A DNA stretch of 51,506 bases, filler included, from Sphacelaria rigidula (lineage: Eukaryota), in assembly GCA_964200075.2 (NCBI GenBank). It is 3 parts of 3 records of this genome, joined end to end, with 100 filler letters (N's around TTAATTAATTAA, not from the genome) between each part and the next. Parts side by side here need not be neighbours in the genome. Positions count along the whole stretch, not along the records: positions 34,409 to 51,506 come from CAXNAA020001170.1; 2 more parts are not named here. One strand, written 5' to 3'. The position numbers and the translations under genes were made by a program. Below the pieces are notes generated by a model, which worked only from the letters and a program-made list of their open reading frames with translations, made no database searches and had not been told where the DNA came from. Each line of letters begins with the position of its first letter. The first letter of the stretch is position 1. Of this stretch, positions 34,482-45,439 are shown one piece after another.

Positions 34482-37400
34482 GACCGTCTGCCATTGCCAC
34501 GTACTCTGCGTCAGTGGTAGACAGGTTGACGCACTTCGGCGTCCTAGAGAACCAAGTCACTAGCTTACGTCGACAGAAAAAAGCTTCACCAGAAAAGGAA
34601 CGTCGGCAATCCGCCTTATGGGCGTAGTCTGTGTCAACATACGTATCCAAGTCAAACTCCAACTGAATATCCCAAGTCTCTGCTTGTCTCGAAAAGTAAA
34701 CCTGAGTCCGACGTAGCACTCGAATACTCGAGTATCTCATGTGCCGCCTTGTAGTGAATCGGCTTGGGGTCATGTGAAAACCGAGCGATTGCTCGGATTG
34801 CGTTTGCGAGATCGGGCCTCGTCTGGTTCGCTATCCACATCAGGCTCCCCACGACCTCACGGAAAGGCACATCCACCGCGTCTCCTCCTCGCTTGCATGC
34901 CTGAGGTCTGAAGAAGGGGTAGCGGGAATGGGGCGAGTCTTCGAGACGTCAAAACGATTCAGCACACTCCGGATGAACTGTGTTTGTGAAATCTCCAAAG
35001 TACCTTTTTCTCGGTCCCTTTTGTACTCACTCCCCGTGTACCACTCTACCTCCCCGAGATTGTAGTGGGGAATCTCTGATTGAGTGCATTGACGATCACT
35101 TCAGTCACCTCCTCAGTAGCTGCAATCATGATGCTGTCCGCACGAAGGATTGTCGTCGCCACAACTTCACCAGCAACCCTCAGTCGAAACACACAGGGAT
35201 CTACCAAGCATTGCTCGAAACTACACTCCACCAGCGTTGACAACAGTCGATACAACGCACGACCACTCAGCTTCAATCCGTACAAGGCCTTGTTGAGTTG
35301 TACCACCTTACGAGATACTGGTCCACAACCGGGGGGCAGGCGCAAGTAGATATCGGTGTCCAACCCCGACTGAATGAAAGCTTGGTCTACATCCAAGTGC
35401 CTCAACCCCCCGTCTAGCTCACATGTCATAGCCGCCACCAACCTCTTTGAATGAGCAGATGCTGTAGGGGCAAACGTCTCAAAGTAGTCTACTCCCTCTA
35501 CCTGATTGTACCCCGCAGCAACCATACGCGCTTTCACCGGGCCAACCATACCATGCGAATCACCCTTTCACTTATACAGTCACTTAGCGTCCACAATGTT
35601 GCAACCCTCATAAATCTCTGTCACCTCTGCAAACGTTCCGGCAGCCGTGGGTCCATCGAACTCCATCTTCACTGCTTCCATCCACACATCCGAGTACCGT
35701 GATGTGGATGCCGCAGGATACGACGACGGTACTGGCCCCGCTTCCCGGACGAGACATTTTGGGAGCTCAGCCGGCCCATGGGTAACCGCCAGCAGCCCAT
35801 GGATTTTTGTTCCCCCTTCATCGGGTCCTAACACAGCCACAAGGCTAGCTACTTCTTGATTGAGCGCTCGTGTCAGCGCTTTGGTTCGCCCAAGCTCCTC
35901 GCCATTTCCACATCCAACCATATTTGACTCCAGTTGGCGCGCCGCGGTCCGCGCTGCCGTTGGAACTGGAACATTTTCGTCCGATGAGACAAATCGCTCC
36001 CTTCGACTGACAGGTCGCCGTCGGCAGACGGCTCACTATATACTCACCGATGGTACATGGACACCTGAAGAAGCAGTTATCTCGTCGGGGGCCGGCTGAT
36101 TTTCATCATCAAGAGGACCCCAAACACGTTCACCACCATGGTCTGTACTCTTCGCCGGAGATGTCACTCGACGCTGATGGAGGATTCCTGTCCCTCCCGG
36201 CTGTGACGTCCCTCCCAGCTCCGACGCCCCTGCCAGCTTCGGCGAAGCTGGCTGTTGCAGTTTCACCGGCAACACCATGACTGGCGGCGCCTCCCAGGTG
36301 ACGTCCCTTGTCTCCACTACATTGTTCACCCGCGTCAGCATCCGCAATGAATCGCGAGGGTGATCGATGCCGGGCCGTAGGGGGAAGCTACTCTCACACT
36401 TGCGGAACGGCTTTGACGGTCGGTCCCAGCGGCAATAACCTAGACGAAGAAACGGGTGCGGTGATGCAGGTGCTGCCTTACCGTGTCACATCTCGTGCGG
36501 CGACTTGTTGCCTAGATTGGACGTCGTCGCGGTGTGATTCAGACTGTCACCCGCCCAGCATACTGCCTCTGCCCAAAGGATCTCCGATGGTGACAGCTCG
36601 ACATGTGGAAAGAGGATGGGGGCTTGGATGCGAGCGGCAAGTACGGCGTTTGGAATGACACCTAGGGCTCTCTCGGCAACGCCGTTCAGTTCCGGGAACT
36701 TCGCGCTGGAGAATTCCTGCTTCATACAGTAGTGCGTACACACGCTCCCAAAATCACCACAAAACGACTGTCCTCCGTCGCCAGACCCAACTATTGTTCC
36801 TTCTGAAGGTACACCACCCGCACCTACATCGGCCAAAAACTTGCTGAAGGCGTCAGCCGTGTCGGACATACGCTCGAGAAAGTATACTCATGCGTTCCGA
36901 GAAGAGTCGTCCTTCACTATCATCACGTTTTCCTCCCTAGCAATGAAGTAATTCTCTTAGCACCGCTAACATCAACAAAAGCTCTTCCTAGCTTTTGTGA
37001 AACACGAGATTTGGTGGTGTTGGCAATCAGCTGTCGATATCCCTTTGCCATGGAACATCCTGTACACGGTCTCAAGTCACCCAGCGACTCTATTCCTAGT
37101 TGTTTGGTTTTCTCTCTCAAGAGAAACTTGTTTGCATGTCACCGCACGAATTGGAACACGAGGATGTCTACAGCAGTCTCGCGTGAGTCAGCACTACCGG
37201 GGCTATACAGGGATCGCCAGGGGAACAGGGTGGTCAGGTTGCACCAAATTCCCGACTGGCTCGGGAACCAACGGGGGAAAGGGGATGTAGTCGTCATAAG
37301 GACCGATCCTATTACTGTAGGTTGATTACCCAGTTCCATCACTGTAAAAGTTGAGACGTCCATCCAGTAGGGCTTCATTATATCCGAGTCATCAGTCGTG

Positions 37401-39300
37401 AAACCTACCCCTCGTGTGTGCGCAGCCACTAGTGAAGAAAGATTGAAAACCAAATCGGATACTTATGCCATCTTATCAAGCCTTGCTGTTTCCCCCCCGC
37501 CTCGTTGGGGAAAACTACAGTCAACGACCCGCAACCCTCAACGTTGATTCAGGTGTTACTACCGATCTTAACCTTACCCTCTGATGGTTGTACGTCACGG
37601 AGCAAGTCCGCTGATTTCGTCATATGAAAGATTGCACCACTATCAGCTATCCACCTGTCCTTACCATCCTTACTTTTATCGCGCTCCCCTACCGCATCCT
37701 TCTTACGTTGCATACCAATCGACAAACGTGCAATGCTGTCACCAGAGTCGCTCTGTGATTTCTTCGCGGCGAGGGATGATATGTGCGGTACAGTCGAACC
37801 ATCGATATCCTGGCTCTAAGCAACGGTGACACTTCTTTCGCATGTCTTGGTACTTTTTGCTTATGTTCTTCGTTCTGCATTTTCTGGTTATTCTTGTCAG
37901 CTACAGTAACCACTGGAAATACCCGTACTATCTTTAGCGTCATTTTGATTGCGATTTCGGCGCGGGGGGCTTGCTCGTGACGAGAGCTTGCCCTACGGTA
38001 CGGTTCTTCGTAGTATTCCTAGACATGAGCGTGTGTATTTGTCTTACAGTAGCCTCTATTTATGCTCGGGTGGTGTTGTCTCTATACAAGATCGCACGCT
38101 GCTCTTACTCGTAGTCAGTTGTCAGTACCTCTACTATTTTGAGGTTTAACATCCCCTACAGGCATATGTACCCCTAACGATACTCGTACACCCACAATCT
38201 TGTCTACGCGTGCGAAAAACTTCATCGGATCATTTTTCTTCCCCATCTGTAACTCGACTAAGGCAAGCAACACATGAGAATGCCCCCCATCTGTAACTCA
38301 TTGAAACGACGCTTCCGCTTCGACTTTCCGGAGGGGGTCCTCGACAAGAGCCAATGTACATGAGAAATGCCAACCTGCACACTCGGAGAGCTCGTGTCAA
38401 ATACCCTACTTGATAATTCACTGTCCGTGATGCTCTCCGTCAAAAACGTCCAAGCAATACGTGCTCGTCTTATGCTTGTCTCACTACTACCTTAATTAAG
38501 CAAATATCTGGAAGTAACCGAGGGATCACCTACGGGCATCTCAACATCTGCAGTAAAAGCCTCCGTAGAGCAAAACCCTCGAAGCGTCTCTTCCATCACG
38601 GAAAATCAACACTACGTGCTAGCTCGGGGAAAGCAGCTTTGATTCGGCTCATTCCCCTAGATCCTATTGTGGGATTGCCACCTCCTGCAATCCTAACCTC
38701 ATCGACAGCTGACAGCAGGCTATCGATGCTAGCTTGGGGACAGCTGTTTGGATGCTTCTTATTCCCCCTAGACCCTATTGTAGGGTTGCTACCTCCTGCA
38801 ACCCCAGCCTCACCGACAGCTGGCACATGCTATCGATGACGACTGCACCTCTATGACTGGAAGCAGACCCTGCCCGCTCCCCTGCCCCAGCACCATCAGG
38901 ATATAAGGGCTGGTCTCCACCGACCGATCCATCTGCTTGTCCGCCAGTACTCTCCTGATTAGCCTCGATGTGTGGCAGTCTTTCCTCAAAGATCTTTGTA
39001 TGTGCTTCGGAAAGCGCCTTCGATTCTTCGACTATACTGTCTTAATCTGCCATCTCGGAACAACGATTCAAGTTCGAACTAACCGGTGATCGTATTCAAG
39101 CGATCGCGTTGATCAGATAACTGTGTAGCAACAAGAGCCCCGTGACGTGTGTCCAAATAGATTACTGCCCTCCAGCTTGACTTCGTCGGTACAACCGACG
39201 CGATTGCGACGTCGTCGTCGCTGTCGACTTTTCTTGTCTTGCTTTTGAGCAGCGCTTCCTTCTCTATCATCGTTTCCCACTCACGTCGCAGACACCATGC
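34482..39300 (-). mobile_element. Decayed Ty1/copia retrotransposon (gag-integrase-RT-RNase H), no LTRs visible
   Basis: Gag NLKIVEVLTTDYE near 38.1 kb; knuckle CHRCLEPGYRWFDC at 37790-37831; pre-integrase PCTGCSMAK; integrase PELNGVAER..LWAEAV; RT KARMVAAGYNQVEGVDYFETFAP, HLDVDQAF, LNKALYGLK, PFREVVGSLMW..TRPD; RNase H YVDTDYA..RRS.SG..LSTTDAEYVA. Many stops and frameshifts. Confidence 0.93.
38651..38838. repeat. 110-bp-period tandem duplication within the copia gag region
   Basis: ATTCCCC(C)TAGA.CCTATTGT.GG.TTGC.ACCTCCTGCAA at 38651 and 38761. Confidence 0.8.
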
Positions 39301-39500
39301 GTGGGCGGGGGGCTCTCTCGAATCGCATGGTGTCTGCGACGACGTGAGTGGGAAACGATGATGAAGAAGGAAGCGCTGCTCAAAAGCAAGACAAGAAAAG
39401 TCGACAGCGACGACGACTTCGCAACCGCGTCGGTTGTACCGACGAAGTCAAGCAAGAGGGCAGTAATATATTTGGACACACAGCACGGGGCTGTTGTTGC
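39128..39500. repeat. Inverted duplication, 173/176-bp arms, 24-bp spacer
   Basis: 39128-39300 is the reverse complement of 39325-39500; both arms encode ..KEALLKSKTRKVDSDDD... Confidence 0.92.
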
Positions 39501-39603
39501 CCAGAGGCTCGGCTAGACCGTCTCGCGGCAGTCATGTGGAGTAGGCGCCTCGAGCGTTCGGAAAGCTTCGCGCAAGCCAGTGTGGGGGTTGAACCCACTC
39601 TAA

Positions 39604-39722
39604 CCCCTTGGGAACCCATTGACGATTCTTGTTTTTGTGTGAATCGGCATCGTTTTGACTTGAAGATGACTGAAAATGATGCCGATTCACAAAAAAAAAA
39701 TCTTCAATGGGTTCCAAAAGGG
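39604..39722. mobile_element. Palindromic piggyBac-like MITE
   Basis: (C)TAA|CCCCTTGGGAACCCATTGA...TCAATGGGTTCCAAAAGGG|TTAA. The same terminus occurs at 34464-34477 and, degenerate, at about 33733. Confidence 0.75.
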
Positions 39723-40229
39723 TTAAACCCCCAGTCAACTTGGCGCAGTGCACGTGCCGCTCTACTCTCATGAGCTTCGCCCCCCTAGTCCTTGTTCAAT
39801 AACATCAATTCATCAGATATATTTTATTTTTTTGGTTCACTCGAGAGTTTATAGAATCGGTAGATATTGGTTAAAAACGAATAGATCGTTCGCAGCAAAG
39901 ACATATTTCAATTTTGTGCAGTCGGAGCAATATATTTCTTTTCGTAGGGACGTCACGAATCGCATTTTGGTCCAAAGACGCAGCTTTTCAGTTCTACCGC
40001 AATAAATAGATAGCAGTTGAAGAGCCTGAGCGGTGTGATCATTCATAGAAAGTATCGATGACCCAGAATCTGGGGAATGTGGAGTCGTAGAACCCTTGAC
40101 GAGCCGCCAGCCCATAACTCGTCAAAACTGAATGACAGAAATGGTGGTCCTCTTAGAACTCGCATCGCGTGCAAACATGATTCAATTTTTGGGGTCCACA
40201 GTTTACGGCGATAGACCTGGTAATCGGAA

Positions 40230-40510
40230 AATCCTCAAGAATCGCTTTGAATCGACAGTGGTTTGCTTGAACGTTGACGAATACATACTCTCGGAGGCAT
40301 ACCCCCTCAACAGTGATGTGGCGGGCGATTTCAATGGGCCTGCTTGCGCCTTCTCGCTCATAGCACCACCGGCAGAGTAAACAAAACAGGCCGCCTGCTT
40401 GTACCGTTGGCTTACCGCCCGGATGTGCAGTGCTGTTTCTTGGGATCTGCGCGCTGACCACAGACGCATGGCCTCTGTCTTGTTCCCCGCTACCATCAGT
40501 CCTGCGTGTA
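40230..40510 (-). mobile_element. RTE-type LINE reverse transcriptase C-terminal fragment
   Basis: GLMVAGNKTEAM..QRYKQAACFVY..GGAMSE..IEIARHI matches the GL.V...KT..M..F.YLG....EI..RI pattern that follows the RT core in non-LTR elements. Confidence 0.65.
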
Positions 40511-40633
40511 CGCCATGATTTTGGACCAACCTAGGGTATGGTGGTGAGCGAGCTTTTGGGCATCACACAGAGTTAGATCGTGAATCCCTCCACTCCCAAA
40601 CACACATGCACACGCAAGGAGTGTGTACAAACA

Positions 40634-40730
40634 TGGCCAGAACAAGGCAAGATAGTGGCCGGAACAAGGTACAGTAGTGACCAGAACAAGGTACAGTAGT
40701 GACCAGAACAAAGTACAACAGCGGCCAGAA
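40634..40730. repeat. 22-bp minisatellite, about 4.5 copies
   Basis: G(G/A)CCAGAACAAGGTACAGTAGT repeated in tandem. Confidence 0.85.
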
Positions 40731-41611
40731 TCGGCAAATTGTGATCAAGCGAGGTGATTCGGAAGGATTGTAGAGACGAAATAGTAATCTGAGCATTTCG
40801 GGGCAGCTTAGAGTACTGTATAGGACAGCTCTGGTGGATATGCCGCCATTTTTCAGTTGTGCCATGCACCATTCCGCGTGTTTTCTTCCATTTTACTCGC
40901 GGCAAATGTGTAGGAAGGATACACCATTGCGCAGTCTCGAGAGGACGATTTGATCGGGTAAACTCCACGTTTTTTTGCACTGCGGCAAAACTTCGCCGAC
41001 CACTGCACCTCAAAGTGACCAACAACAGCAGGGTATACTTTTTCCTGGCCATTGATCTTACAAACAGATGGCCAGTGTAAAAATTGCTTTAAACGACCTC
41101 CCGTCGTCCAAGCTACATATAATGAAGATGCCGCTATACTATTTTCAAGACCAATCCCAACGCTTAGAAGGGGCCGTGAACCACCGAACGCGTGAACAGG
41201 CACGCGGGATTTTCGGGGATATTCATAATGTCGTTCGATTGTTTCAATGAACTGCTAGGCTAGTCAAAGGTCAAAGTGCACACTCCTGCAATGACTCGCT
41301 CCGAACACTCTCGAGCGGGCAAGAAACGTGCCCGAAGGAACGAGTAGGAGCCTGTCCGAGACATCTATCTTTCAAAGAACAAGGTGGCCTTGCTGTACCG
41401 CTATCAGCTAGGTTTTGTCGCTGTCCAGATGAAGCCAAGGCATGCGAGTGTATACTGTAGAAAGTATAGAATACGGGCAGGGAAATAGGCAAAAACGTAA
41501 TGCCTGAGGAGAGGAGAAATTTGTGTGGGTGAGTCTTGGTGTTTTGGGCCGCTTGAGGTCAGCCCAACTCAGCCGGATTGCCCCCCTTTTTCCATAGCTC
41601 CATCAGGATTA

Positions 41612-41614
<3 letters not shown>

Positions 41615-41643
<29 letters not shown>
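41615..41643. repeat. (CT)n microsatellite
   Basis: Direct observation. Confidence 0.95.
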
Positions 41644-41645
<2 letters not shown>

Positions 41646-42054
41646 AGTATTTTACGCTTTTGGTGCAGCACATGTGCAGAGTACTCGTGTAGAGAAGGTA
41701 AGTGACACTGCATGTGGTGGACAAAGACCTACCGGTCTAGTCAAATTCACGTCGCATTTGGCGCCTTGTGACAAAAACAAATACTTGACACCACTGCATC
41801 GTGCAGTCGCGACAACAACCACATGGCCATATTTCTCCGGTCGCCGCCGCCGCCCTTGAGCGAAAGTACGAAACAATCACAAAGCCATGACCTCTGACTC
41901 GTTGAGCAGTATCAGCTCACGTTGATGAGTGTTATTGCTCGGGGTTGGTCGTCCGAGTACGAGCTATGTAACTACTTGTGGTTCTCTGAAACTGTCGCGC
42001 AGGGTCAACTTTGTGGCGCTTACCGTACGGTGTGCGGTGCTTTTCTTGTGTTTG

Positions 42055-42199
42055 CACACCCTGGACGATGGCGATAGAATACACTGTCAAAAAGTGTACT
42101 GCGTACAACAGTATGGAATATATTGTCGGTCGCAACAGACGCGATAGTCGATACTGTTCGCAGTACACATTTTGACGAATGTGTTCTATTGTCATTATC

Positions 42200-42208
<9 letters not shown>
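42055..42208. mobile_element. CACACCCTGG-family MITE with ~55-bp TIRs
   Basis: CACACCCTGGACGATGGCGATAGAATACACTGTCAAAAAGTGTACTGCG / CGCAGTACACATTTTGACGAATGTGTTCTATTGTCATTATCCAGTGTGTG. Confidence 0.7.

Positions 42209-42266
<58 letters not shown>
42202..42266. repeat. (GT)n microsatellite, about 32 units
   Basis: Direct observation. Confidence 0.97.
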
Positions 42267-42268
<2 letters not shown>

Positions 42269-42361
42269 GTGCATATCCGTACACACCAACGCCCTACCGT
42301 ATGGTCAACGTTTTATTCACCAACACATTTGCTACTTTTTGCTCTTGCACGAATTCTCCAG

Positions 42362-42569
42362 CGGAATGGGTAGCCCACGCCCTCGTCGACCGTCACCGAC
42401 GATGAACACAGTCGGGACGAGTGCCGGTAGCGCCGCCAAAGTTATCGTCATCGGGGGCTCCGGCCGCGTGGGCGGCAGTACCGTCCGCGCACTCCGCCGG
42501 CTGGCAGGCCCTGATGCGAAGATCGTTGTCGGCGGCAGAAGCGAGCGGAACTTTGAGAATAGCGTGCAG
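42362..42569 (+). CDS. Saccharopine-dehydrogenase-like oxidoreductase, first visible exon (NAD(P)-binding Rossmann motif)
   Basis: KVIVIGGSGRVGGSTVRAL..KIVVGGRSE; acceptor TTCTCCAG, donor CAG|GTACC. A Ser/Pro/Arg-rich, transit-peptide-like stretch precedes it; the true start is unresolved. Confidence 0.88.
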
Positions 42570-42859
42570 GTACCTAACAGCAACCGCAGGCGGCACGTAG
42601 TTCGTTACTGATGGGCCTAGTTTGCGGTGCGACCCAGCACGATCCGACGCTCATGTGTATAGAGGGAGGACACTGTAGGTGAAAGGCGGAGAGCGTGAGT
42701 TGTTGCTATTTTCATGTGTGGTTGTTGGCCTGTCGCGAATAATCTTGTTGTTTCAATGGTCCTAGAAGACGCCAGCTGAGATCACAAAGTGATTCCGACC
42801 GTTTGGCACTTATCCTTGCCCATTGGTGACCCCACCCCTCCCCGTTTTCGTAGGGATTC

Positions 42860-43215
42860 GAGGGGAATGGCCACGTGACTACGGCATGCAAGAATATGAG
42901 TACACCCCCCTCCGTCCTTCATCATATCTAGTGCCAGAATATGAACTATGCAGAGAGGAACGGGAGGTGTTGGAGGGAGATGTGTGGGAGATAAACGAAG
43001 GTGGCATGAAATCGTGTAATACATTAGACAGTAGCGATAAAGTGATTCCTATACTAGGAGATAGATGATGGTGACCAGAGACAGCGAAGCAGGAAGGTGA
43101 TAAGATATTTACAAGGTTTTTTGTAATGTATGATAGGAACGTCATGAGCGCCAGAATGTTGAAGGTGTCTCTATTAGGAGTAGGAACGGTGCTCCGTCTC
43201 GAAAGATATGCGTGG
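42860..43215 (+). mobile_element. Non-LTR retrotransposon ORF2 C-terminal fragment (intronic copy 1)
   Basis: EYELCREEREVLEG..GGMKS..LDSSDK..ILGDR; homologous to 48545-48890. Confidence 0.65.
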
Positions 43216-43407
43216 TCAATGGACAAACGACTAAGGCGAGCAAAAAATGAGTACGCCCCCAGTCCTTCATCGTAAACGTTACTGTGAGGAGCGAAGTAAA
43301 CTGATCCTCAAACGCCTCCCCCCCCCCTCCCTCTGCTTACAAAAACTCGCTTGGAAACACACGTATCGACGCCGGACATAATGGGGAACGCCGCGCGCGC
43401 CGAGCAG

Positions 43408-43596
43408 CGCTGGCGCACACTAGCAGGTACACCCGAAGGGTACGACTACTCGGATATTTCTTTTTGCCAGCTCGATCTCGGCGACGCAGCGTCACTGGCC
43501 AGAGCGCTCTCGGGCTGCGACCTGGTCGTTCACACCGCGGGGCCGTTTCAGCGAAAAGTTAACCCGGAGGTTCTGGAAGCCGCCATTGAAGCCAAG
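43408..43596 (+). CDS. Saccharopine-dehydrogenase-like exon
   Basis: CAG|RWRTL..DLGDAASLARALSGCDLVVHTAGPFQ..LEAAIEAK|GCAAG (GC donor). Confidence 0.9.
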
Positions 43597-43895
43597 GCAA
43601 GATATGCATCAGTCTATGACCCGCACAACCCGCTGGTACTCTTGAGTGTCGTAATCCACTCTGTACTCTGAGATGAATTAGTGGTAGCGGCGAAGTTCAA
43701 CGGAAGTGTTAAGGTTCTCTCCTCCAGCAGCGCCCTGTGTAGGAGCGCCGTGGTGCCTGTACCTCCTTATATACGACCGGACACCTCGATTGTTCGCGGC
43801 GGCGAAGTAGTACGTACTCGGGCGCTATTGTGCTGACGGGGAGCAACAGTTTTTTACGAAGAAGATCGTACGAGGATTCGGTCGGCGTTGATCGG

Positions 43896-44153
43896 AGGGG
43901 GGGGAGAATACGTCACACTTGTCTGCCTACTGTGCGGACTGTGACATTGTTGAACTGACATCGGTTCATATCAGTAGGCATGTACTCAAGGCGGTAAAGG
44001 TTGAGCGTGTCCGGCGTAGAGGATGTACTTCCCTTTTTCGTGAGAAGTAACCGAGTTTGCTTGCTTGTCGGCATCACGAGAACGATTGTGAGATACGACT
44101 CGTTACTTCTCGCGCCGCACGTCTCCGGGTCCGGTACTAGGCAAGTTGTGACA
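43896..44153 (+). mobile_element. Polypurine tract plus 243-bp LTR inside an intron
   Basis: AGGGGGGGGAGAATA, then (C)GTCACACTTGTCT...AGGCAAGTTGTGACA with inverted termini. Confidence 0.65.
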
Positions 44154-44282
44154 TGAGCGTGCGTCCACCCGCTCACCCTTTCCCACCCACCCTTCCTCTT
44201 CTGTCTGTCTGTCTCTGTCTCTGTCTTTGTCTCTGTCTCTCTCTCTCTCTTGCCTCGCCATCCCCTTATCACGTCAGCATAG

Positions 44283-44423
44283 GTGCCATACGTCGATGTT
44301 TGCGACGACGCGCGGTTAGCGAAGGTGGCCAAGGGGCTCGGGCAAAAAGCGCAGGACGCCGGAGTCCCTGCCACAATTTCTGCCGGGATTTGGCCCGGAG
44401 TCGACCAGCTCATGGCGGTCCAG
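44283..44423 (+). CDS. Saccharopine-dehydrogenase-like exon
   Basis: TAG|VPYVDVCDD..AGVPATISAGIWPGVDQLMAVQ|GTAAA. Confidence 0.93.
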
Positions 44424-44564
44424 GTAAAAAGACGCAACGATGACATCCATCGTGTTCTCACCGTTGTTTGCTGTTTTCGCCTTTGGTTCGAGATCACAGT
44501 CGATTTTATTTTTACACAACATATCACTTACCTAGGCAGACCCGTCAGCTACGAAAGCTTTTTC

Positions 44565-44926
44565 TCCATTTTTTTGTTGTTGCACACTTTGAACCCCTCC
44601 TCCTCCGCAGGAAGATTCCGTGGTCTTATGGGATCAACCCGAACCTCTCCCGCTACACGCCTTACATCTTGGTATCTGTATCGCGGATTAAAACCAACAC
44701 TTCCCGCACCGCGTCGGCTCGCCATATTTTCTTCTCGGGTCGAACTTTTCGTCAATTTTTCTGCTTTGTGCTCACATCCTCACGTTTTCTGCAAAGAAAG
44801 TCGGGATTTTTCTCGTGGGGAGGGGTGGGCGGGCAGGACCCCAATGCACCTGCCGGGAATCAAACCCATACTCTACCGTCCTCATGGCTTCAGACGTTCC
44901 TCATAAGACCACCGAGGCACGGCGGC
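44565..44926 (-). mobile_element. Probable tRNA-derived SINE (second family)
   Basis: B-box-like GGGTTTGATTCCCG on the minus strand near 44853-44866. Its 3' part recurs at 51452-51506. Confidence 0.5.
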
Positions 44927-45045
44927 AATGTACCGAGCTCTGCGAGTGCATCCTGATAACCTGACCCTGCGCCACGTGAAATTGTGAAAACATCGCGGTC
45001 ACAGCTACCCTTACAACCTGTATCGATACAACCTGTAAAAACAAC

Positions 45046-45173
45046 CATACCCTGGATAATGACTGGATTACAGTGTCAAAAAGTGTTTTGCGTACAGTTT
45101 CGACTATTTGCTTCTATTGCAATAGACAATAAAATTCCATACTGACAACGTAATATTCATTGAACAGAGTGTG
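45046..45173. mobile_element. Degenerate CACACCCTGG-family MITE
   Basis: CATACCCTGGATAATGAC..CAGTGTCAAAAAGTGTTTTGCGTACAG matches the 42055 copy; ends CAGAGTGTG. Confidence 0.55.
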
Positions 45174-45337
45174 CTCGCTCGGTACACGCGCGCTTCGCTC
45201 CCTCGTCGTCCCCGTGGATCTCTGTGTGTTCCCGCGCGCCATTCACATTATATTTTTTGCGGTCACCTTCACCGTGCCGAACTCCTCGTGTGCTCGCCCG
45301 TGTGTTCCCGCCTTTTTCGTTGGTCACGTGCTGCAAG

Positions 45338-45439
45338 GCGTGCGAAATGCTTGGGGGTGCCAGCGAGGTCGAGTCTATCGACTTCTCGGCGTACACAGCG
45401 GGCACAGGCAACGCTGGAACCACCATTCTTAGTGCTACG
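45338..45439 (+). CDS. Saccharopine-dehydrogenase-like exon
   Basis: AAG|ACEMLGG..IDFSAYTAGTGNAGTTILSAT|GTAGG. Confidence 0.9.

Noticed and set aside
21787..39500. Amplification (MDA) chimeras as the cause of the foldbacks
   Set aside because: Chimeric arms should be essentially identical, whereas these carry many substitutions and small indels. Long-read confirmation is still advisable.
41888..42002. Candidate signal-peptide exon for the oxidoreductase (VLLLGVGRPSTSYV..)
   Set aside because: In-frame stops directly upstream, no in-frame ATG and no clear donor site; cannot be supported.
42020..42373. ORFs with poly-CV or poly-HT tracts
   Set aside because: These are translations of the (GT)n microsatellite.
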